A stretch of DNA of 64,000 bases, from NCBI GenBank assembly GCA_051294375.1, contig CM119269.1, positions 17,098,265 through 17,162,264 of the forward strand, in the 5' to 3' direction. Positions 59,976-64,000 of the stretch are shown piece after piece. A program made the position numbers and the translations under genes. The notes below the pieces were generated by a model. It was not told the origin of the DNA. It ran no database searches and was given only the letters and a program-made list of their open reading frames with translations. This DNA comes from Paraspadella gotoi. Lineage: Eukaryota; Animalia; Chaetognatha. Every line of letters starts with the position of its first letter. Positions within the stretch are counted from its first letter, which is position 1.

Positions 59976-61394
59976 TTCTTTCTCTCTTCTTATTTCCACT
60001 GCCTGCACTCCGGTGGGAGTTCGAAAATAAGTGCCTTCCTTTGTCACCCTCTCTTTATTTCGGCTTGTTACAGCGCAATATGGACGAAGCGTCAAAATAT
60101 TTTTTTTCTCTTACAATCCCCTAAAAAATCCTTTAAAAATGGATTTTTTTTATTAAATTTTTCAATAAGTACTAAGTCATATCGGTTTTCAATTGCTTGT
60201 AAATTGTTGAATTTTAAAAATAAAAAGTTAAGCGAACGATTTGCCTTCGAAAAATTTCCGATCACTTTCTCTCCATATTTAATGCCTGTAATGCCTCCCA
60301 ATAGCGATAAGTTAATGAGCGCTAAAAGTTGTTTGATACAGTTAGTGCTTCAGTTAATAACACTATTGCTATCGGTACAGCCATCTCCGACGTCATTCAA
60401 TCATAGGTTCAACGCGAAAGAGAAAACCGCGTCCTCACAGGAAAATATTTCTTTTTTCTCCCTTTTTTTTTCTCTTTCTTCTTCACGGACCCTCCTGTTC
60501 GGTTCCGTTCTCCTCCTCTTCCTCTTCATCTTCGTCCTCCTCCTCTTCCTCCTCCTCCTTCTCCCAATGTGCCGCTCCCCGCCCGTCGTCCGCCCGAAAG
60601 TCGTCGTCATGGAGATCGTCGTCGTCGTCGTCGTCGTAAGATTGGAACCCATGGAACCGAATCGGACGTCGTATCGCTCGCGTTTCCTCTGTTTCCATTC
60701 CTCGGGCCTCGAGTACTTGTCGTCGTCGTCGTCGTTCTCGTCTTCCTCCTCCTCCTCCTCTTCCTCCTCCTTTCTCTTCTCCTCTAATGATCGGCCTCAT
60801 GAATCCATGAGTTTTAACTTCAGTTTTCCCCAAAAAAAACGTCCCGCGATTCGCACGCGCCTTCAGATTTCTTAACTTCGCGTTCTTGGCATGCGCCTTT
60901 GGTTAAATATGAAATAAAAAAGTTTATTTTAATATTTTATCGGTTCAATATTCTCATCTTAAAAGATTGTTTTCCTGACGGCGATTTTTATCAATTTCGA
61001 TTAAATTAATATGCGTGTACTTGAGAATCCGACTTTTTTTGTTTTTGAAAATTCGTTTATTCGTCTTTCATTGATTGTTTATCTGTGCTCTCTCCGTCTC
61101 GTTTTGCTCTCTCTCTCTGCTCATCTCTCTCGGTCTGTCTCTGCTCTCTGCTCTCTCGCGTCTCTCTCTGCTCTCTCTTCTCTCTCTCTCTCGTCATCTC
61201 TCTTCTCGTCTCTCGTCCTGCTCATCCCTCTCCTTCTCTCCTCTCTCTCTCATATATCAAACACTCCTCGCTGGCTCCTTTCTCCTCGTCACGATGCATG
61301 GAGACCATGCACCCTTCTCTCTCTGCACCATCGGGCGGGGCGTTGAGCGCCGAAGGCGTTTGGGCCTCTCTCACTTGGGCGCCGGCCTCCGCCG

Positions 61395-63446
61395 ATGGTG
61401 ATCCCGACCTCGTCTCACCCTCACCTCAACGGTCTGCTGCATCTGCCGCACCCGCATCCGCATCCAGCTTCGACTCCCTCGTCCCACCCAGGAGGCGGCG
61501 GCCCTCCCCTTTCTCTCCCGCCGCCGCCGCCGCACCCGCTGCTTCCGCCGCCGCCGCTGATGTCGCCGGCGTCGCCGCGATCTCACACGCCGCAAAACGG
61601 GTTTCAGGTGAGTTCTGCTGAAACATCACGTGAATCGCGATCATCTTTCAATAAAATGTTTCTCTCAATTAAATTTTTTTCTCGTAGAATTTTTCAAAAC
61701 GAGGAGTTGCCGAATTGTACTCTTTAGTCAGACTTTGTCTTTTGCTTACCTTGTCATTTCTATCAAACAGTTTTCAAATCTATTTAATACGCTGTGATAT
61801 GTACATTGTACATCGGTCCGTTTATCTGAAATTTTTATGTCCATATTGAATCAAACATTGCTAAAACAAATTAATTGAACAAATTAATTAACCCTTGTCT
61901 TCATCTTCGCAAAGGAGTTGTCCCGAACTCCCGACCCGGACATGCTACCTGACATCACTCAGCCCACCGAAAGGATCGCCCAGCTCCAGTCTCCCTCGGC
62001 TGCGTCGGCGGTGGCCTCGGCAGCGGCAGCTGCGGTCGCGGCTGCAGCGGTGTCCGGCGTCCGATCGCCGCCGCCGGACGAAAATGCCGAGTTGAACGAT
62101 CCGAATCTTCAAATGAGGTAAAGATTAAAATAAATAGTTGGAAAACCATTCAAGTAAATAGTCAGGGATTTCAATATGAAACCCAAGTGGAATTTTATTA
62201 TCAGAAAATAGACAAGAGAAGACGGTGTCAATTTTCAGACAGAGTTCATCTACACTGACTTATAATTTTAACAATGGAAATTAAGAAATTAAATGTTATA
62301 TGTGATATGCCAAGGATAAATACTAGTCTAGGAAATGGCATTAGTTTGTATATAAAGGTCTAATGTTAAATCTCAACTTGAAACCCACAGAGCGCGCACC
62401 AACACGGTTTCCTCCGTGATGCTTCACGGAGTTCCCATCGTCTCACTCGTTATCGACGCCAAAGAAAGACTCTGCTTGGCTCAAATATCCAACACTCTCC
62501 TCAAGGTTAGATATTTAACAAATATCGGTATTGTAACATGATTGACAACGTAGTATCATTTACGTTTATAGTAAGAGATGGGTATAACCTATCTAAAATT
62601 ATCCATTCATTCACTGACTTTTGATATGCTGTTACAAGATATCTGATCAAAATGATTTCACATAATTCTTTTTTCCTTCCCCCAGGACTACTCCTACAAC
62701 GAGATTCACAACCGGCGAGTGGCTCTCGGTATCACCTGCGTTCAGTGCACCCCAGTGCAGCTAGAAATCCTTCGCCGCGCCGGTGAGTCGTCTTTGACTT
62801 TGACCACGTTGTTGTCGTTGTTCTTCTTTTTTCCACGATGATATTTTTTCTCGCGATCGTTTTATCGTCATCGTCTCGATGTCAAAGAAAATTTCGCAGA
62901 GTTTTTAACTATCGCCACGCCCACCTATCCAACCCCTTTCCCTACAGGCGCGATGCCCGTCTCCTCGCGACGCTGCGGCATGATCACGAAGCGCGAGGCG
63001 GAGCGACTCTGCAAATCCTTCCTCGAGGACAACCGCCCTCCGCGTCTGCCCGACAACTTCGCCTTCGACGTCTTCCACGAATGCAGCTGGGGATGTCGCG
63101 GCAAGTTCATCCCCTCGCGATACAACTCCTCCAGAGCCAAGTGTCTCCAGTGCGACTATTGCAAGATGTTCTTCTCGCCCAACAAGTTCATCTTTCATTC
63201 TCACAGGTAGGGATCCTGAGGAAGTGGGAATCAAATATGTAGTTTAGGGTTATTACTGACGATAACAATTGTTGGCTCAACTACCGTAATCGGGCGACTG
63301 ACAAAATAAGCGGAATCGTTATTTTAACTTTTTTTTAACTCAGACTCCCCACCTCCAAATACGTGCAGCCCGACGCTGCCAACTTCAATTCCTGGCGGCG
63401 TCACTTGAAGCTGGTCCCGCCGGCGGGGACAGAGGCGGAGACCGAG
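61395..63446 (+). CDS. SKOR1: SKI family transcriptional corepressor (SKOR1/2, Fussel/Corl), 5' part; the gene continues beyond the window
   Basis: Exons 61395-61607, 61915-62117, 62391-62505, 62686-62782, 62948-63206, 63344-63446 give LHGVPIVSLVIDAKERLCLAQISNTLLKDYSYNEIHNRRVALGITCVQCTPVQLEILRRAGAMPVSSRRCGMITKREAERLCKSFL (Ski/Sno DHD), HECSWGCRGKFIPSRYNSSRAKC..C..C..FFSPNKFIFHSH (SAND-like) and QPDAANFNSWRRHLKL. The start codon is uncertain, and SKOR1 versus SKOR2 cannot be resolved. Confidence 0.95.
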
Positions 63447-64000
63447 GTGAGACCAGGCCCAGGGTGAGGTGGGGTAAGAATCGGGCCTAGCTCAAGTAAT
63501 AAAACTAAAGAGGCGAAAAGAGATTGATGTAGATTAGTAGATAAGAAGTATAGAAATTTACAATATAGTGCTATAAGTGAAATCGAATATTTTCTCCAAA
63601 ACGAGGAATTAAATAATGAAAAGATTTAAAATGTTATATAAAATAAAAAGGAGCGAGGTCGTGAAGGAAACGTTAGGGTCTCCGAGTGACGCTATTCGTA
63701 CGTCGCCCCCTGGGAAGAGTGACGATGCATAACTCTTCCTTTCCATTTCCCCATTTCTCTCTCCCTCTCTTTTTCCTTCACATCCTCGCCCTCTCACGAC
63801 TCTCACGGACTCTTCAAAAAAACAAAACAAAAACAAAAAACACGTATTTATGTACTCATTTGTTGTATTTCGTTCTCGTCTCTTATCTTTCTTCCGTTCG
63901 TGATCGTCACCAAAAAAAATTAAAACAAAAACAAAAAACAAACCAATATCATAGATGTTGATGAAGAGCCTGGACCACGACGACGACGACAACGACGACG

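Noticed and set aside
60204-60875. 223-aa ORF upstream of SKOR
   Set aside because: Low-complexity (TCC)n/(GTC)n sequence open in several frames on both strands with no recognisable motif.
63956-64000. Next SKOR exon (MLMKSLDHDDDD)
   Set aside because: The acceptor lacks a pyrimidine tract, the expected conserved continuation is not visible, and it runs into a (GAC)n repeat at the window edge.

Overview
Animal (invertebrate-type) nuclear DNA from a draft assembly: AT-rich, many short GT-AG introns, dense (GA)n/(CT)n microsatellites, N gaps, and stretches that read like unpolished long reads. I spliced five host genes by hand: two tandem 13-exon SLC22 organic cation transporter-like paralogs (4697-8621, 9654-15293, +); a convergent SLC16/MCT-like transporter (16357-20367, -) with one frameshift and a stop codon supplied by an inserted Helentron/DINE-like element; a 9-exon rhodopsin-class GPCR (37703-39497, +); and the 5' part of a SKOR (Fussel/Corl) Ski-family corepressor (from 61395, +, continuing past the window). 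Mobile DNA includes a ~12.9 kb BEL/Pao LTR retrotransposon (about 46645-59520) with an unexplained ~3.4 kb, apparently spliced region between pol and the 3' LTR, Helentron/HINE-like elements, a tRNA-containing SINE-like element (3 copies), two MITEs with target-site duplications, a foldback element, a structured dispersed repeat and a candidate minimal hammerhead ribozyme. Large direct and inverted duplications at 22-30 kb, 43 kb and 59-60 kb are probably gap-filling or haplotype artefacts, although two may record real structural polymorphisms. All calls come from manual motif reading; no database searches were run.
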